Shown piece after piece: positions 48,228 to 62,420 of a stretch of DNA of 64,000 bases. The DNA comes from Torpedo marmorata (lineage: Eukaryota), in NCBI GenBank assembly GCA_977017645.1, contig OZ360229.1:98146001-98210000 (forward strand). Reading direction: 5' to 3'. Both the position numbers and the translations under genes were made by a program. The notes below the pieces were generated by a model. The model had not been told where the DNA came from, did no database searches, and was given only the letters and a program-made list of their open reading frames with translations. How positions within the stretch are numbered: position 1 is the first letter of the stretch; every line of letters begins with the position of its first letter.

Positions 48228-49363
48228 GGGTTGTTGAATTTAATTGCTTTCTAAAATAAAAACTTTAAATTTCAAACCTATGGCACTTGTTAGCATACCA
48301 ATTAAATGGATAATTCACACCAATTTTTAAATACAGCTGTAAAGTTTTCATTTTGATTTTTTTTGCCTACAGTTTTTGAACAGTATTTTGACTCGTGAAA
48401 TTTTTGGATAAATTAGTCCTTGGACAAATTACTTTATGCTTATAAAATTAATTGTGAAATCAAGATAGCTGGATATGTTGTTTCTAAATACCCTAACAAT
48501 GAGCTACTCCAGGACCACCAAAATATCTGTCTGCACCATTGAATCATCACTTTTTTTATACTAACTCACAACTGGAGCTGTGAATATTTATCTATCCTTT
48601 TGTATAATCTCTTTCTGTTGCCTGGTGCATTGTGGTAATTTAATTTCAACTATTATTTGTGTGTCTTGTGTACCTGTGTGGCTGCAGCAAAAAAGAATTT
48701 CAGTGCATCTGTACATTGTACTTGTTTAAATGACAGACTCTCATTGTTTAAAATGGTTTTCAGTTTTTTCCTTTCTGAACAATTTATGACAAAATGACCA
48801 GTTTTGTGCTAATTCTGTTTCTGGCTAAACTTAAGAGAGGCATGGGCTGAAGGCCTGTACTGTGCTGTAATGTTTTATGTTTTAATGACATTGTAAATTC
48901 AGAAAAGATGGGGAATATTCCATTTGGTTTACATCACATTCCTCCCAGGTTGCTTTTGCCTTAACTGCTGAAAGTGTACGAAAAGACCCTGGTCTCGTGT
49001 ATACTGTGCCATAAATTCAAAATAAATGGAGGAAATTTTGATTATTGCTAGAAGTATCTTGTTTTGCATGAAAGCCAAATGTATCCAAATTGTTATTGCA
49101 CATGTAGTCTGCAGAGAAAAATACTGAATTTATTACAGAATGTGTAGCAGTTGCTACTGATGTTCTGAAAATTAGCAATGGCAGCATGAGAGCAGCAGAT
49201 GATAAAACATGGGATATAAACACTGCTGGAAATATTGAACTTCGTAATTGTGAACTTTAGTTTAATTAATATTGTCAAAGACAGTGGTGAAATACTCTTC
49301 TTGCTGTTAGTCGGTTTAAATGCTTCTGAAATATTTTTTAAAAATGTTTTAATTGCATTACAG

Positions 49364-49637
49364 GTGAAAGTGAATACATTCAAGACCTTTTCATGAAAAA
49401 AGATTTGTGTGGAAGAATATTGTGCAAGTGACTGCTTGACTTTTTAAAAAGACTCGTACGAGTGCTTACTTTGATTGCAACGGGAGGACTCGTATATATT
49501 GAGCAAACTTTATTATCTCTTCATTTGAAGAGGTTTAAACTATTATAGTTTCTGTATGAACATTGGGCTGTAAACTGAACCTCCATAGAGAGATATATAT
49601 ATATATATATAGAAGAAAATATATATATACACATAAA
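49364..49637 (+). other. DDX6: DDX6 5' UTR portion of the first coding exon
   Basis: Acceptor ttacag/g at 49363/49364, 274 nt upstream of the ATG; contains two short uORFs and a (TA)n tract. Confidence 0.55.
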
Positions 49638-49837
49638 ATGACCACAGCCAGGACGGAAAACCCCGTTATTATGGGTTTGAATGGGCAGTTGAGAGGCCCA
49701 CTGAAATCCAGTACAGTCCCAGGAGGGGTGCCACCACAGCAAGTCGCACAGACCAACCAACAGTTGCAACAGCTAAAGAATGCCAGCACACTTAATGGCA
49801 CTCAGCAGCAAGCACATACAACCAGCAGTACTATTAA
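49638..49837 (+). CDS. DDX6: DEAD-box helicase DDX6 (Rck/p54), coding exon 1
   Basis: [21 protein letters not shown]...[11 protein letters not shown]; donor aa/gtaagt; 200 nt. Confidence 0.96.
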
Positions 49838-50295
49838 GTAAGTAAACCTGATAGAAAATCTTTGGAAGCTATTATCTATTGTGGTTTTGTCACAATTGTT
49901 TTGGATTTTTTTCTGAATGTGTTTAACCTGGAACTGGCCTCCTGATTTGCTGTGTTTGAGGATATATCAATTGCTAAAAGAATTGGGTATTTTGTGAATT
50001 TGTAATTTCCTAAGGATGTGCTTTAGAAACTTTGATTGCTGCTGTAATATGAATGTAATTGAAATAATGATCTGATCTGTATTAGAGGTGGAGTTGTGCG
50101 ATAATTATCGGCTGTGGTATCAACCGATCTTTAATTCTAATAACCATACAAGGGGTATTATTGCACAGATTAAAATTTTATTTGGCTTTTGTTATCAGTT
50201 TTCCATTCCTACTTTGCCCCTTTTCCTGTAAATGCGGTGACCATCTAATGGGATTCTTGCTTGTGTGGATGCCAATATTGTTGATGTTGCAGCTG

Positions 50296-51079
50296 CAGTA
50301 AAATCCCCATTATCCAGCACCTACAGGGATCGCGGATGCCGGAAATGTGAATTTTCTGGTTGACTAAGACTCACTTTTCCAATGCCTAACTAATACACAT
50401 GCATTAAGAATACATAGTTTAAAAGTCAAAACAGTGCAAAATGTAAAGTAATTAAAAAAAAAACCAATATTGTCGACTTTAATTATGTAAAGTTCACTTT
50501 AATCAAGTAATTCCTGTAACTTGCAAATTTTAACCCCGATCACTGGCGCTGCAACAGTGTTGCGCTAACCATGCTGCTGTCATAATTAACCCCCTCCCTC
50601 AAGTTTATAGATAAAGCCTTACTAATATACCTAAAAATAAAGACTCCTACCAGGCATGGATACGGAGACATTTTGGGAGAGTCGCCCCAGTGGCGATCGG
50701 CATCAACCGGCTCTTCAGTCAGGCCCGCAGCGCAACCCGACTCTCCTCTACTCCAGTGTCCTGGTCAGGCTTTCTGCGCACCTTCCTCACGCTGACAGCC
50801 CGACTCCACGCAAATGTCCTGGCTCGGCGCACATTCCTTGTGCTGACAACCCGACTCACCTCCACGCAAGTGGCGACAGCGAAAGGAATGTGCACGCATT
50901 TGAGGGGCATTGTTAGTTCAGTGGAGCAAACCTGCACTTGTCCAACGAAGTCTCAGCGCTCCCTGCGGGGTCCATCCACCCAGTCTTATTTATTTGAATT
51001 TGAAAAAATTTATTTCCTCTTTTTTGCCAGTTGTTTGAGTTTCCAGTTGATTGAATTCTGGATAATGGGGATTTTACTG
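50296..51079. mobile_element. Tc1/mariner (Tigger-like) MITE
   Basis: Perfect 22-bp TIR cagtaaaatccccattatccag / ctggataatggggattttactg. Confidence 0.85.
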
Positions 51080-51604
51080 TGTTTAATTATCTGAATACTG
51101 TATATCTGGTTGCCTTTCCTTGTTTTGTAGTCTTTTCCAAAAGCCATCATTTTGGTGAATTTTATCCAGAATTTTTTTTAATTATTATATAAAAGGTTCA
51201 TGTTTAGTTTGTTGCAAAATGTGTAGTACATTGAGAAGGGTTCTTTTGCGAACAGACCAATTGCAGCAGTACTTAGAGTACAATTTACGGAATATGGGAT
51301 TACATTAGTTTGTATAACCATGTTTTGAGTAACCACTGCCAAAACCCAGTAATTTCAAATTGATGACTTGGGGAGGGGTGTTGGAGGATTCTGTTTCCTA
51401 AGATTATCTGTATAGTTTTAAGTTTGAATTGCTTATTATCCATCTTCAAAATAATGTTAAACTAATGTGCATAATTCTTAGCATAGATTTCTCATTTTAA
51501 TCTCCATGTTTAATTCCATTCAAACAATTTTAGCCATTGAGCCAGAAATTGTGAACCACTGCTTTCAGTATTATCTGATTTCCTTCACTTCCAATAACCA
51601 TGTA

Positions 51605-52086
51605 CAGTACGTTTCCGATTATCCGAAAAGCTTGGGACTGGAAGTTTTTTTGGTTAACTGGATTTTTCGGATAACCGAGAAATGGCTTTAAGCAGCCCAG
51701 TAGCATCAGCAGAATACTTGTATCAGCGGATAAACAACAAAAAAACAACAGAAGGCTTTTCAAGCATGAAATGTTTAATTCTTACTTAAAAACGTGATCT
51801 CTGCTTACAAAATAAGATAAATGCCGATCCCCGACACCTCCCCACCGCCGCCATCGATCCCCGACACCTCACCTTCTCTGAGCCGACATCCAGCCGTTCA
51901 GCGTCTGCCTTCCCGGCTGGTTCTGAGCTCTGTTGCCAAACTGGTGCCAACAGAGCGTCAGAGCCCCACATGAGCACGTCGGGTGAAAATCTTTTTCAAC
52001 TTGTGACATCATGTCGCCGCTGAAAAAAAAGTCCGGCTAACTGAGATTTTCGGTTAACTGATTTTCGGATAATCGAAAACGTACTG
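51605..52086. mobile_element. Tc1/mariner MITE
   Basis: TIRs cagtacgtttccgattatccgaaaa / ttttcggataatcgaaaacgtactg, TA on both sides. Confidence 0.85.
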
Positions 52087-52154
52087 TATGATAAAACTTT
52101 GTGGGGAAAGTTGGGTGGGAGATCCAAGAGTTTGTTTTTTAAATTTTTAAAAAA

Positions 52155-52374
52155 CTTTAGACGTACAGCACGGTAACAGGCCATTTCGGCCCACGAGTCC
52201 ATGCTGCCCAATTTACACCCCATTAACCTACACCACCGGTACGTTTTTTGAACGGTGGGAGGAAACCGGAGCCCCCGTACAAACTCCTTACAGACAGCGT
52301 GGGATTCGAACCCCGGTCCGGTCCCGATTGCTGGCGCTGTAAAGGCGTTGCGCTAACCACTATACCAACCGTGT
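52155..52374 (-). mobile_element. V-SINE (HE1-like)
   Basis: Reverse-complement copy of 3093-3345 with an internal deletion. Confidence 0.85.
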
Positions 52375-53374
52375 CTTAAATTTCCGTATGTTTGAAATCC
52401 AAGTGACTATTGTGTAGAATTTCATTTGTGCATTCTGTAAAGTAACTTTTGTAATTTTTACTATTTATAATTTTCCTGATTTATTTTGGAATGCAAATTA
52501 CTAGGTATGAAAGATGAAGGATGAGCATATTGAATAAATATGGAATGTCTTGAAGAAATGTTTATAGAAATGTAAAAGCTTATTATTTTATCAGCTTGAC
52601 TTTCTCTTCCATTCTGTCCTTGATTTTAAAACACTGCAGAACTTTAAGATGAGCACCTTCCTTTTCTGCCATAAGAATATTGTGACCATGAAATGGAGCT
52701 TAAATTTACTGTTATTATTGGAAGCATAATGGGGAAGGAAAGATTTTTCTGCAACTTGTTTGTATTTGGAATGAAGGCCCTTTTTATGTCAACTTGTTTG
52801 TAACTAATGAAAGATTTTGTAGATGGTGGTGGGGATGAGCAGTAAAATATTGGGCATGGAAATAAAGGATTTTTAATTAAATTAATCTCCAGTGGAGAAA
52901 TTGAGTGCAGGTTTTTTGGGCCCCACCAGCTCCTTTTGCATTAAAATAACACTTCCTATAAATTTGTGTTCAATTTGACTTGTCCTCTTTTCATAAAGAA
53001 ACTTTAAGACAGCTGGAAAAGTTTGAAAGGGTTATGTTGTCAGAACATTGGGTGTGGGTCTTGGAATTTGTTGCATTCTCCTGTTGAATACAGACTTCAG
53101 TAGTCCCGAAAGAAGTGTAGAAATTTGGGATACAATGATGATCTCTTAAATTAGTCATTTTGTTTAAATTGTTACCTACTTAATGATATGCATTTCAATT
53201 AATAATTTATCAAATACTTAACCCTTCATTATGGGTTGAGTATTTCAACCTATTTATTTGAATTGATTGTCTGCTTTCCAACTTGCAATCTTAAGAAATT
53301 ATGATCCACTGGACCAGATAGTAGTCGTATTTTCCTTTATTTATAATCTGGGCTTCAAGTGAGAAAATAAATAA

Positions 53375-54782
53375 CCATATAACAATTACAGCACAGAAAC
53401 AGGCCAGTTTGGCCCTTCTAGTCCATGCCGAACACCTTCTCCCACCTAGTGCCACTGACCCGCACCCGGCCCATAACCCTCCACACCTCTCTCGTCCATA
53501 TACCTACCCAACTTTTCCTTAAACATTAAAATTGAACCTGCATCTACCACTTCGGCCGGAAGCTCGTTCCACACTCCCACCACCCTCTGAGTGAAGAAAT
53601 TCCCCCTCATGTTTCCTCTAAACTTTTCCCCCTTCAATCTCAATCCATGCCCTCTTGTTTGAATCTCCCCCACTCTCAATGGAAAAAGCCTGTCCACATT
53701 CAATCTATCTGTCCCCTTCATAATTTTAAATACCTCTATTAAATCACCCCTCAATCTTCTACGCTCCAGGGAATAAAGTCCCAGCCTGCTCAACTTTTCC
53801 CTGTAACTCAAACCCAGAAACCCTGGCAACATTCTTGTAAATCTCCTCTGCACTCTCTCTATTCTGTTTATATCCTTTCTATAATTCGGTGACCAAAACT
53901 GCACACAATATTCCAAATTTGGCCTCACTTTTTTATACAACTTCAACATGACAACCCAACTCCTGTATTCAATACTCTGATTTATGAAGGCCAACATACC
54001 AAATGCTTTCTTCACCACCCTATCTATGTGTGACTCAGCTTTCAGGGAATAATGTACCAGAATTCCTAAATCCCTTTGTTCTACTGCACTCCTCAATTGT
54101 CTTCCATTTAACATGTATTTGACCTATGCTAACTAGTCCTACCAAAATGTAGCACCTCACATTTATTAGTATTAAACTCCATCTGCCATGTTTCTGCCCA
54201 CTTCTAACTGTCCTATATCCCCCTGCAAGCTTTGATATCCCTCTTCACTGTCCACAACACCACCAATCTTCGTATCATCTGCATACTTACTAATCCAATT
54301 TACCACCCTATCATCTGGATCATTAATATATATGACAAACAACAATGGACCCAGTACCAATCCCTGAGGCACTCCACTAGTCACCGGCCTCCCAATTTGA
54401 CAAACAGTTTTCCACCACTACTCTCTGGCATCTCCTATCCAACCATTGTTGAATCCATTTCACTACTTCGACGTTAATACCTAATGCTTGAACCTTCCTA
54501 ACTAGCCTCTTATGCGGAACCTTGGTCAAATGCTTTAAAGTCCATATAGACAACATCCATAGCCTTCCCCTGATCAACCTTCTTAGTAACCTCCTCGAAA
54601 AACTCTTGAGATTTGTTAAACATTATCTACCACGTACAAAACCGTGTTGACTACTCCTAATCAATGCTTGTCTTTTCAAATAACTGTATACACCATCTCT
54701 AAGAACACTCTCCATTAATTTACCCACCACCGATGTCAGACTCACAGGCCTATAATTTCCAGGTTTACTTTTGGAGCCTTTT
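53375..54782 (-). mobile_element. CR1-type LINE 3' part
   Basis: SGVPQGLVLGPLLFVIYIND..KYADDTKIG, RPNLEYCVQFWSP, LGLYSLERRRLRGDLIEVFK, FFTQRVVGVWNELP. Confidence 0.92.
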
Positions 54783-55822
54783 TAAAAAAAAAAAAAAAAA
54801 AACTGAACCAGAATTTGTGCTCTTCCCCCCCCCACCACCCAAAGCAGGCATTGAAATGTTGTTTGAGATACGAACTCTTGATTTATTTGATCCTACCTCA
54901 TGGATTTTAATTCGGGAAGCGAGTTTGGGCCCCAATTTATTCTTATGCACTTTTCAGTAGTCTATTTTGATCCTAGAGAAAGAAATGTACTTATGTCTAG
55001 TCTTTCATTTCCAGCCTTTGTCAACTCAGAATACAGTGATTTAATCCAGTCTTTGAAAAACAAAAAAATGCAGATTGAAATACTTCAGAAGCAACTGTGG
55101 AGGGTGAAATAGAAACTTGGCACAAATGCTGCTTGACCTGCTGAGTATCTCCAGCATTTTCTCTTTGTTTATTATGATTCAATGTGGCACATTTGTGAGT
55201 GGCTACTTGCAGGCTTATTTTTCCCAAAGCAAATCCAGATTTTAAGTTTTTGGGAGACACTAGCAAGACAACATACCTTGTCTATACCTGTCTTGGAAAA
55301 GGTTGTAGTCAGTCACTTCCTTGAACGGCGTTGATCCTTCTGAGGAATGTAATTTTGTTGGCTGAGGGTTTCAGCATTTAAACTTGATGATCAAGCAAAG
55401 ACTAATTTAAGGTTTGCTGCCTGCTTGTTACCACTCATGGGAGTTGGACAATTACCATAATAAAGGGCCATGCTATTTGATTTCACGTAAACAACACAAA
55501 AATTGTATTGTTATAGTTGTAGATATTGTTGCACTGCAACTGGGATTTAATTAACTTAAATGCCAGCATGCTTGCTTTTTTAATTAAAGTGAAATTTAAA
55601 TGTTTGCACCTTAAACGTAAGGACTTTGAAATTTAGTAAAATAAAAAAAACAAAACATTTCATGTGTGAGCTTGAAGTAAAATTGCATTCGTAATCAGTT
55701 CTGACATTGTATCTGAGGTTGAAATGAGATTTAATGCAGTTGTAGATTTTGGTTAAATTTCAGAACTATTTTCCCTAAAAAATTACCACTAACGTAAATT
55801 GTTTTTTCATCATTCTCTGTAG

Positions 55823-55886
55823 ACCAGGTGATGACTGGAAGAAAAACTTAAAGTTGCCTCCAAAAGACAGGCGGATGAAAACTTCG
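55823..55886 (+). CDS. DDX6: DDX6 coding exon 2
   Basis: ag/A CCA GGT GAT..: (K)[21 protein letters not shown], donor gtaag; 64 nt, phase matches the previous exon. Confidence 0.96.
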
Positions 55887-56029
55887 GTAAGAAGAATCTT
55901 AGTAATCATTTTCTTTCATTACCTCTACTTCAAATTGTTCTTTAAATTATCTGTTTGTTGCCCTTTTGAAATGGTTATAACTCAGGATATAGTGAAGAAG
56001 CTTATTTTTCAAGATAAAGAAATTTAGTC

Positions 56030-57560
56030 CTGGAGTTCTCCAGCACAGAAAGAGGCCCTTCGGCCTATTGAGTTCGTCCCATTTGCCTGTGTTTAGCCCA
56101 TATTCCTCTGGTCCTCTAAGGTTTTCGATTCTTTTTTTCCTGTCTAAATGTCTTTTGAACATTATAGTTGCTGCTTCCTCTGGAACTCATTCCTTGTACT
56201 CACTACCCTTTGCATGAAGAAGATGCCCCTCTGGTCTCTTTAAATCTTTTTTCCTCACAAACCTCTGCCCAGTAGTTTTAGACTCTACTGTGGGAAAAAG
56301 ATCATTAATATTTATCAATGTCCTTTTGATTTTATAAACTTCTAAGATTCCCCCCATTAGTTTGTTACTTTCCAGGAGAGGAAAAAAAAACTCCCATTAT
56401 TATAAAACCTACCAGTCCTGGTAACATTCTCATGAATCTTTTCCACACTCTTTCTAGCTTAATGATATTGTGGCTGGATGACCTAAACTATACACAATAC
56501 TCCCAAGAGCAATCTCATCAATGTCTTGTACAGTTGTAACATAATTTAATTTAGACATACAGCACGGTAACAGGCTATTTCGTAACAGGCTATTTCGGCC
56601 CATGCCGCCCAATTTACACCCAATTAACCTACACCCCCGGTATGTTTTTGAATGGTGGGAGGAAATCGGAGCCTGCCGGGGAAAACCCACGCAGACACGG
56701 GGAGAAGGTACAAACTCCTTACAGACAGCGCGGGATTCGAACCTCGTTCCCGATCGTTGGTGCTGTAAAGGCGTTGCGCCTTGCTGACCCTGCTCCTGTA
56801 CTCAGTACCTTGACCGATGAAGGCAAATGTGCTAAATGTTGCCTTCATCACCCTCTCTACCTGTTTTACCATTTTCATGTGATTGTGTACCTGTACCCCC
56901 CAAGTCTTTGTTCTACAATACTATCCAGGGCTGTACCGTTCACCTTGTGTCCTGCCCTGGTTTAACCTACCAAAGTGTAGCACCTCGCAGTTGTCAGAGT
57001 TAAATTCTGTCTGCGACTCCTTGGCCCACTCTCCCAGTTCATCTAGATCCTATTTAATCTTAAATAACCATAACATTCCACTATACCACCAGTTTTTATG
57101 TCATCTGCAACCTTACTAACCCTGTCAGCTACATTGTCAACCAAGTCATTTATATAGATGAGAACCAACAGTGGACCCAGCACTGATACCTGTGGCACAT
57201 CACTGGTCACAGGCCTCTACTCTTGAATACAACCCTCCACTGCCATTTCTGTCTCCTACCATCAAGCTAATTCTGGATCACATGGGATCTGACCTGGACC
57301 AGACTACCATTCAGAAATTTGTCAAAGTCCTTGCTAAAGTCCATATAGACAATGTCTACTGCCCTGTCTTCTTCAATTTTCTTGATCACCTCTTTACAAA
57401 AAAAAAAATTAAAAAAAATTCATGTTCATGAGACACCATTTCTCATGCAAAAAGCCATGATGACTATCCCTAATCTGTGTTTGCCTTTCCAAATGAAAGT
57501 AGATTCTGTCTTTTGGAATCCCCATCCAATAACCTGCTTCACCTGATAATTAAGGACCAA
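56030..57560 (-). mobile_element. CR1-type LINE fragment with nested V-SINE (~56550-56780)
   Basis: Similarity to 53375-54782; SINE is a reverse copy of 3093-3345. Confidence 0.75.
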
Positions 57561-57924
57561 TCTTGATGGCCTGTTTTGTAATATTATTCCCTCTAGACCC
57601 AACTATACCAAAGATGGAGAAACCATATCCATGAATGTGGAAAGCTGTATTTTGACAATTGGAAATATTGCAGCTTTCTAAATTGGGACGTAATTATTAG
57701 GTCTTTCTCCAAAGGAATATTTTGGGCTCCAGTGCTATTGTGACTGTTAGAATGCTTCTCTGACCTTGATCTTAACAGCTAACTTCCATAAATTGGGTGT
57801 AGATGGTGGTTGTTTCTTTTATTCACTTCACATGAGGCAGTATAAAATCGAATGGTTAAGGTTTTAATGGACTTCGTTAGTAACCAGTTTTGAGTGAGAT
57901 TGCTTCCTACAGGAAGAAAAATAA

Positions 57925-58335
57925 ATTAAGGATACAGGTTAAACAGATTAGGACTTTATCACTTGAAGTGCAGAAGAATGGTTGGAGATTTGATAGAGGT
58001 ATACAAAATTATGATGGTTTATAGATAAGTAAATGCAAGTAGGCTTTTTCCACTAATGTTTGGTGAGATACAAACCAGAGGACATGGGTGAAAGGAGAGA
58101 AGTTTAGGAGAACGTTAGGGGAAATTTCTTCAGAGTGGTGGGAGTATGGAACGAGCTGCTAGCAGAGGTGGTGAATGCAGGCTCATATTTAACATTTAAG
58201 AAAAAATTGGACATGTACATGGATGGGAGGAGTGTGGAGGGATGTGGAGTTGGGTGCAGGTCAGTGGGACGAGACAATAATAGTTTGGCACAGACTAAAG
58301 GGCCTATTTTCTGTGTTGTAATGATCTATGGTGTT
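57925..58335 (+). mobile_element. CR1-type LINE 3' fragment
   Basis: VVGVWNELLAEVVNAGSYLTFKKKLDMYM. Confidence 0.8.
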
Positions 58336-58673
58336 TGATTTCACAAGTTTCAAGTAGTGTGATTTTTCTTCAATTATTTATGAAGTACAGAATGTTCACA
58401 TAATTGGGGGAGAATTGAAGGGGGGGAGATTTTCAGGCAATGTCTCAGTTGTAGAATAGATTTTTAAAAAAATGCTGAATGAATATAGACAGATGAATAT
58501 CCAAAGCCTAGGTTTTCATAGTAGTTTCAGTGTTTTCTTTCACTGCAATCTGGCAGGTTAGCTCTTCTGATGTCTTTTGACCACAAAGTAGTCCAATTGA
58601 GAAAGTTTCATATTTTAAGAGTTGTAGCATTGTACACTGTGCTGTAACATCAGCTTTGTTCCTTGATCTTTAG

Positions 58674-58817
<144 letters not shown>

Positions 58818-59304
58818 TAGTCTGTTCATCTCTTTAGGTTCTTGCTTGCTTTGTAGGAAGCAATCCCATTAGTCCCAGTTCCTCTCATTTACCTGATCTC
58901 GACAACTTGTTTCCTCTTGTACATATTCATCAGCTCCCTTGTTGATTCTTTTTTTTTTCCCCCATTAACCTATACTGCAAAGTAATTTGCATCAGCCTTC
59001 TGACTTACCAGCACATGTTTGGGTTGTAGAAAAAAAACTTGTAAAAACCCAAACCCAAGTTGCTGAAACAGAGAGGCTGCAGCACTAATTGCTGCACCAC
59101 TGTGGAACCAAAGAATGGTGAGATATTGTAAAGATAAGAACTTGGTGTTACATTAAGTGTGAGCATTTATTTGTCCTGCATAGCAGTCTTTAAGTCAAGT
59201 TTATTATCATCTGATTGTACAAGTACAACCTGGTGAAACGGCATTCTCAGACACAGCCAGACATAACACACATACAGACAAATAATACATATGCAGGACA
59301 AGTA

Positions 59305-59747
59305 TGTATAACTCCGATTATCCGAAATCGGATTATCCGAAATCCTCAGTTATCCGAAATTTTTTGGACGTGGAAGTGACGTCTGTTCGGCTCCGAATTT
59401 TTTTCGGATAATTGAGGATTTCAGAAAAATCAGAAATCCTCATTTATCCAAAAAAAATTTAGAAGCCGAAATGACGTCATTTCGCCTCCGAAAAATTTCG
59501 GATAAATGAGGATATCCGAAACAATCAGAAATCCTCAGTTATCCGAAATTTTTTCGGAACCGAACTGACGTCACAGGTTGAAAAATTTTTGGAAAAACCT
59601 CTGAGTAGAATTTTGAGTTTTTGGTGTTGGATTTACTGTATATTTCGGTGTATAAGTTGTTTCTTGAAACCCTCAAAAAATCATTCAAAAATGGGGGGGG
59701 GTCGACTTATACGCCAGATACACTTTTGAGAGCTTAAATTCAACTAT

Positions 59748-59781
<34 letters not shown>

Positions 59782-60536
59782 CGCTCGACGTAGATTCGGT
59801 GTATAAGACGACCCAGAAGCACCTCCCCACTGCCGGTCTACCATTGCTGCCCGACACCTCCCTACCACCGGGTGCTGCCATAACCCACCCAGACATTCTA
59901 CAATTGTAGAGCCCGAGATCCCTGCTCCTGCCCGGGAGCCAACACGTATCTGTGGTTCCTGCCCCGAGCACACTTGGTCAGGGAGGCGACTTTGATGCGG
60001 GCGGCACCACACCCAATGTTGAGAATGGAGTCGCTGTCGCCGCCTCCGGCTGTAGCCGATGCTGAAGACTTGAACCCAGCTCCGTTTGGCATCTTCCTGG
60101 CCAGAAGCAAAGGTTTTTTTACTTTTACAGATTTGTTACTTGGCGATTGGGGTGTTGTAACAAAGTTTGGGTTGTTGCTGGGAGGCCCGGACACCAGTCT
60201 CCAGCAAGTTCTTTGCAGAAAATTGGGGTGTCGACTTATACACCCGATATATGGTAAAACCATGAAAATTAGGCTGAAAATGGGGACCTGACTTATCTGA
60301 AGGTCGACTTATACGCCAAAATATATGGTATCTTACTTTGTTCAGGTTGTTTTTTGGTGAGAATTAAACATTATTTCATGCTTAAAAAGCCTTCCCTTGT
60401 TGTTTAAACGCAGTTACAAGTGATTTGCTGTTGCTACTGGGCTGTTTTTTTTTTTAAAAAAGACCAGATATCCGAAAATATTGTTTATCCGAAATAGGCC
60501 CGGTCCCGACCATTTCGGATAATCGGAGTTGTACTG
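59305..60536. mobile_element. Tc1/mariner MITE with internal ttatccga repeats
   Basis: aactccgattatccgaaat / atttcggataatcggagtt inverted ends. Confidence 0.75.
59636..60328. mobile_element. pogo/Tigger-like MITE nested in the previous MITE
   Basis: ta-ctgtatatttcggtgtataagt / acttatacgccaaaatatatgg-ta; repeated gtcgacttatac motifs. Confidence 0.7.
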
Positions 60537-61118
60537 TATTATATCTATAAAAATAATTAAATAAATATTGCTTTGTGCAAATGAGAGTCTTGGATGTTTA
60601 GTGTGAGCAGTTCCTTTGGTTGTTCAGCATTCTCACAGCCCATGAGAAGAAGCTGTTCCTCAGCCTGGTGGTACTGGCTCTGATACTCCTGTATCTCTTT
60701 CCTAATGGGAGCAGCTGAAAGATGCTGTGCAGGGTGGAAGGGGTCCTCAATGATTTTGCACACCCTCTTCAGGCAATGATCCCGGTAGATCACGTCGATC
60801 GGGGTGAGGGAGACTCCAGTGATCCTCTCTGCCACTCTTATGTCTTGTGGATTGACCTCCAATCCATTTCTCTGCAGCAACCGTACCACACTGATGCAGC
60901 CGGCCAGGGTGCTCTCGATAGAGCTCCTATAGAAGGTTGACATAAAGGTGGCCAGTAGCCTTGCCCGCTTCAGTCTTCTCAGGAAGTCTGAAGCGGGCAA
61001 GGTTTTGTTGCATGTTAAGCTGCTTGTTTTCCTTCTGTGAATGCTTTGTTTTTAATGAAAACAGAAGTTTGGCCGAAGGTGCAAGCATTTTTGATTTAAT
61101 AATCTCCGTGTTTCTTAG

Positions 61119-61253
<135 letters not shown>

Positions 61254-61582
61254 TGATTTCTGTTTAAAACTTCATTAATTATAGTTGAGTTCCCCAATCT
61301 CATTTCTTCCAGTGATCCCAATAAGACAACAAAGGAAAGACAGGAAAACAACAGAGGGCATCTTCCTTTAAGCAATATTCAGTTATGTATAATGGGAGAG
61401 AGGTTTCCTGTGAGATCTTTGGCCAGAATTAAGACTATTGCAGCATGGGTGGATCAACTGGATGGAGAGAGGAGAAAGAAAAGAGTAAAGAGAAAGAACT
61501 GTAAGGAGTCGATAGTTGGCACAGCTGGAAATTGTTTCTTTCATTGTAGAAATTATTCCTGGGCGGTTTGATGTCTCATTTA

Positions 61583-62420
61583 CCATTTTTACATAGAGGT
61601 AACGGGATTTTCCTGTCACCAATATGCATACTTACCCTCCGGAGTGGCCATTTACACAGGATGGAGGTTTACACTGACCTCCGGTGTGTTGGTGATTCCG
61701 GAGGATGGATGTGGGTCAATGTCGATTCCGACGTACAGCTACGTCCGACGCACAGCGTCAATACGTCGACGTCATTAACCTGCACAGGGAGAGGGGGGGC
61801 ACACGGAGGGGGGGGCGCACAGGGAAAGGAGAGGGGGGGGCGCACAGGGAAAGGCGAGGGGGGGCGCACAGGGAAAGGAGAGGGGGGGCGCACAGGGAAA
61901 GGCGAGGGGGGGTGCACAGGGAAAGGCGAGGGGGGGGGTGCACAGGGAAAGGCGAGGGGGGGCGCGCACAGGGAAAGGCGAGGGGGGGCGCGCACAGGGA
62001 AAGGCGAGGGGGGCGCGCACAGGGAAAGGCGAGGGGGGGCGCGCACAGGGAAAGGCGAGGGGGGACGCGCACAGGGAAAGGCTAGTGGGGCGTTGCAACT
62101 GAGGAGGGAACGAGAAGGTGGGTTGAGGGAGCGGGAAGCACGGCAGATTGAACCCCCTGGAGAGATGGCCGGAGAGGTTGGAGGGAGGTCGAGGGGCATT
62201 GGAGGGGGAAGAGGGAGACCGTCATCAGGTACATCGTATTTTTGCGGACCGCCTGCCGTTCAGTTCCGACTGCAGGCACTCCGCAAATATTACTAGGGCT
62301 ACCGCAGGAAAAATGTCGGGACGGAAATTAGTTTGTAATTTCCGTCACGACATTTTTACACTGCCAGCAGAACGGGAAATTTCTGACAATTTCCGTTATG
62401 CTGCGGCTGTGTAAAAATGG
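61583..62420. mobile_element. PIF/Harbinger-like MITE
   Basis: tta-ccatttttacatag / ctgtgtaaaaatgg-taa termini with TWA-type flanks. Confidence 0.6.
61781..62081 (+). repeat. G-rich minisatellite, ~24-27-bp unit gcacagggaaaggcgaggggggg(c), about 11 copies
   Basis: Directly visible tandem array. Confidence 0.9.

Larger units (their letters stand above)
59190..60990 (-). mobile_element. Rex1/Babar LINE 3' fragment carrying two nested MITEs
   Basis: FLRRLKRARL..FYRSSIESTLAGCI..IIEDPFHPA at 60557-61000; 3' tail resumes at 59190-59304. Confidence 0.75.

Noticed and set aside
49563-49637. TTG-initiated N-terminal extension of DDX6
   Set aside because: Runs through a TA microsatellite; conserved DDX6 starts at ATG 49638
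61568-62296. Several long ORFs on both strands
   Set aside because: Produced by the stop-free G-rich minisatellite
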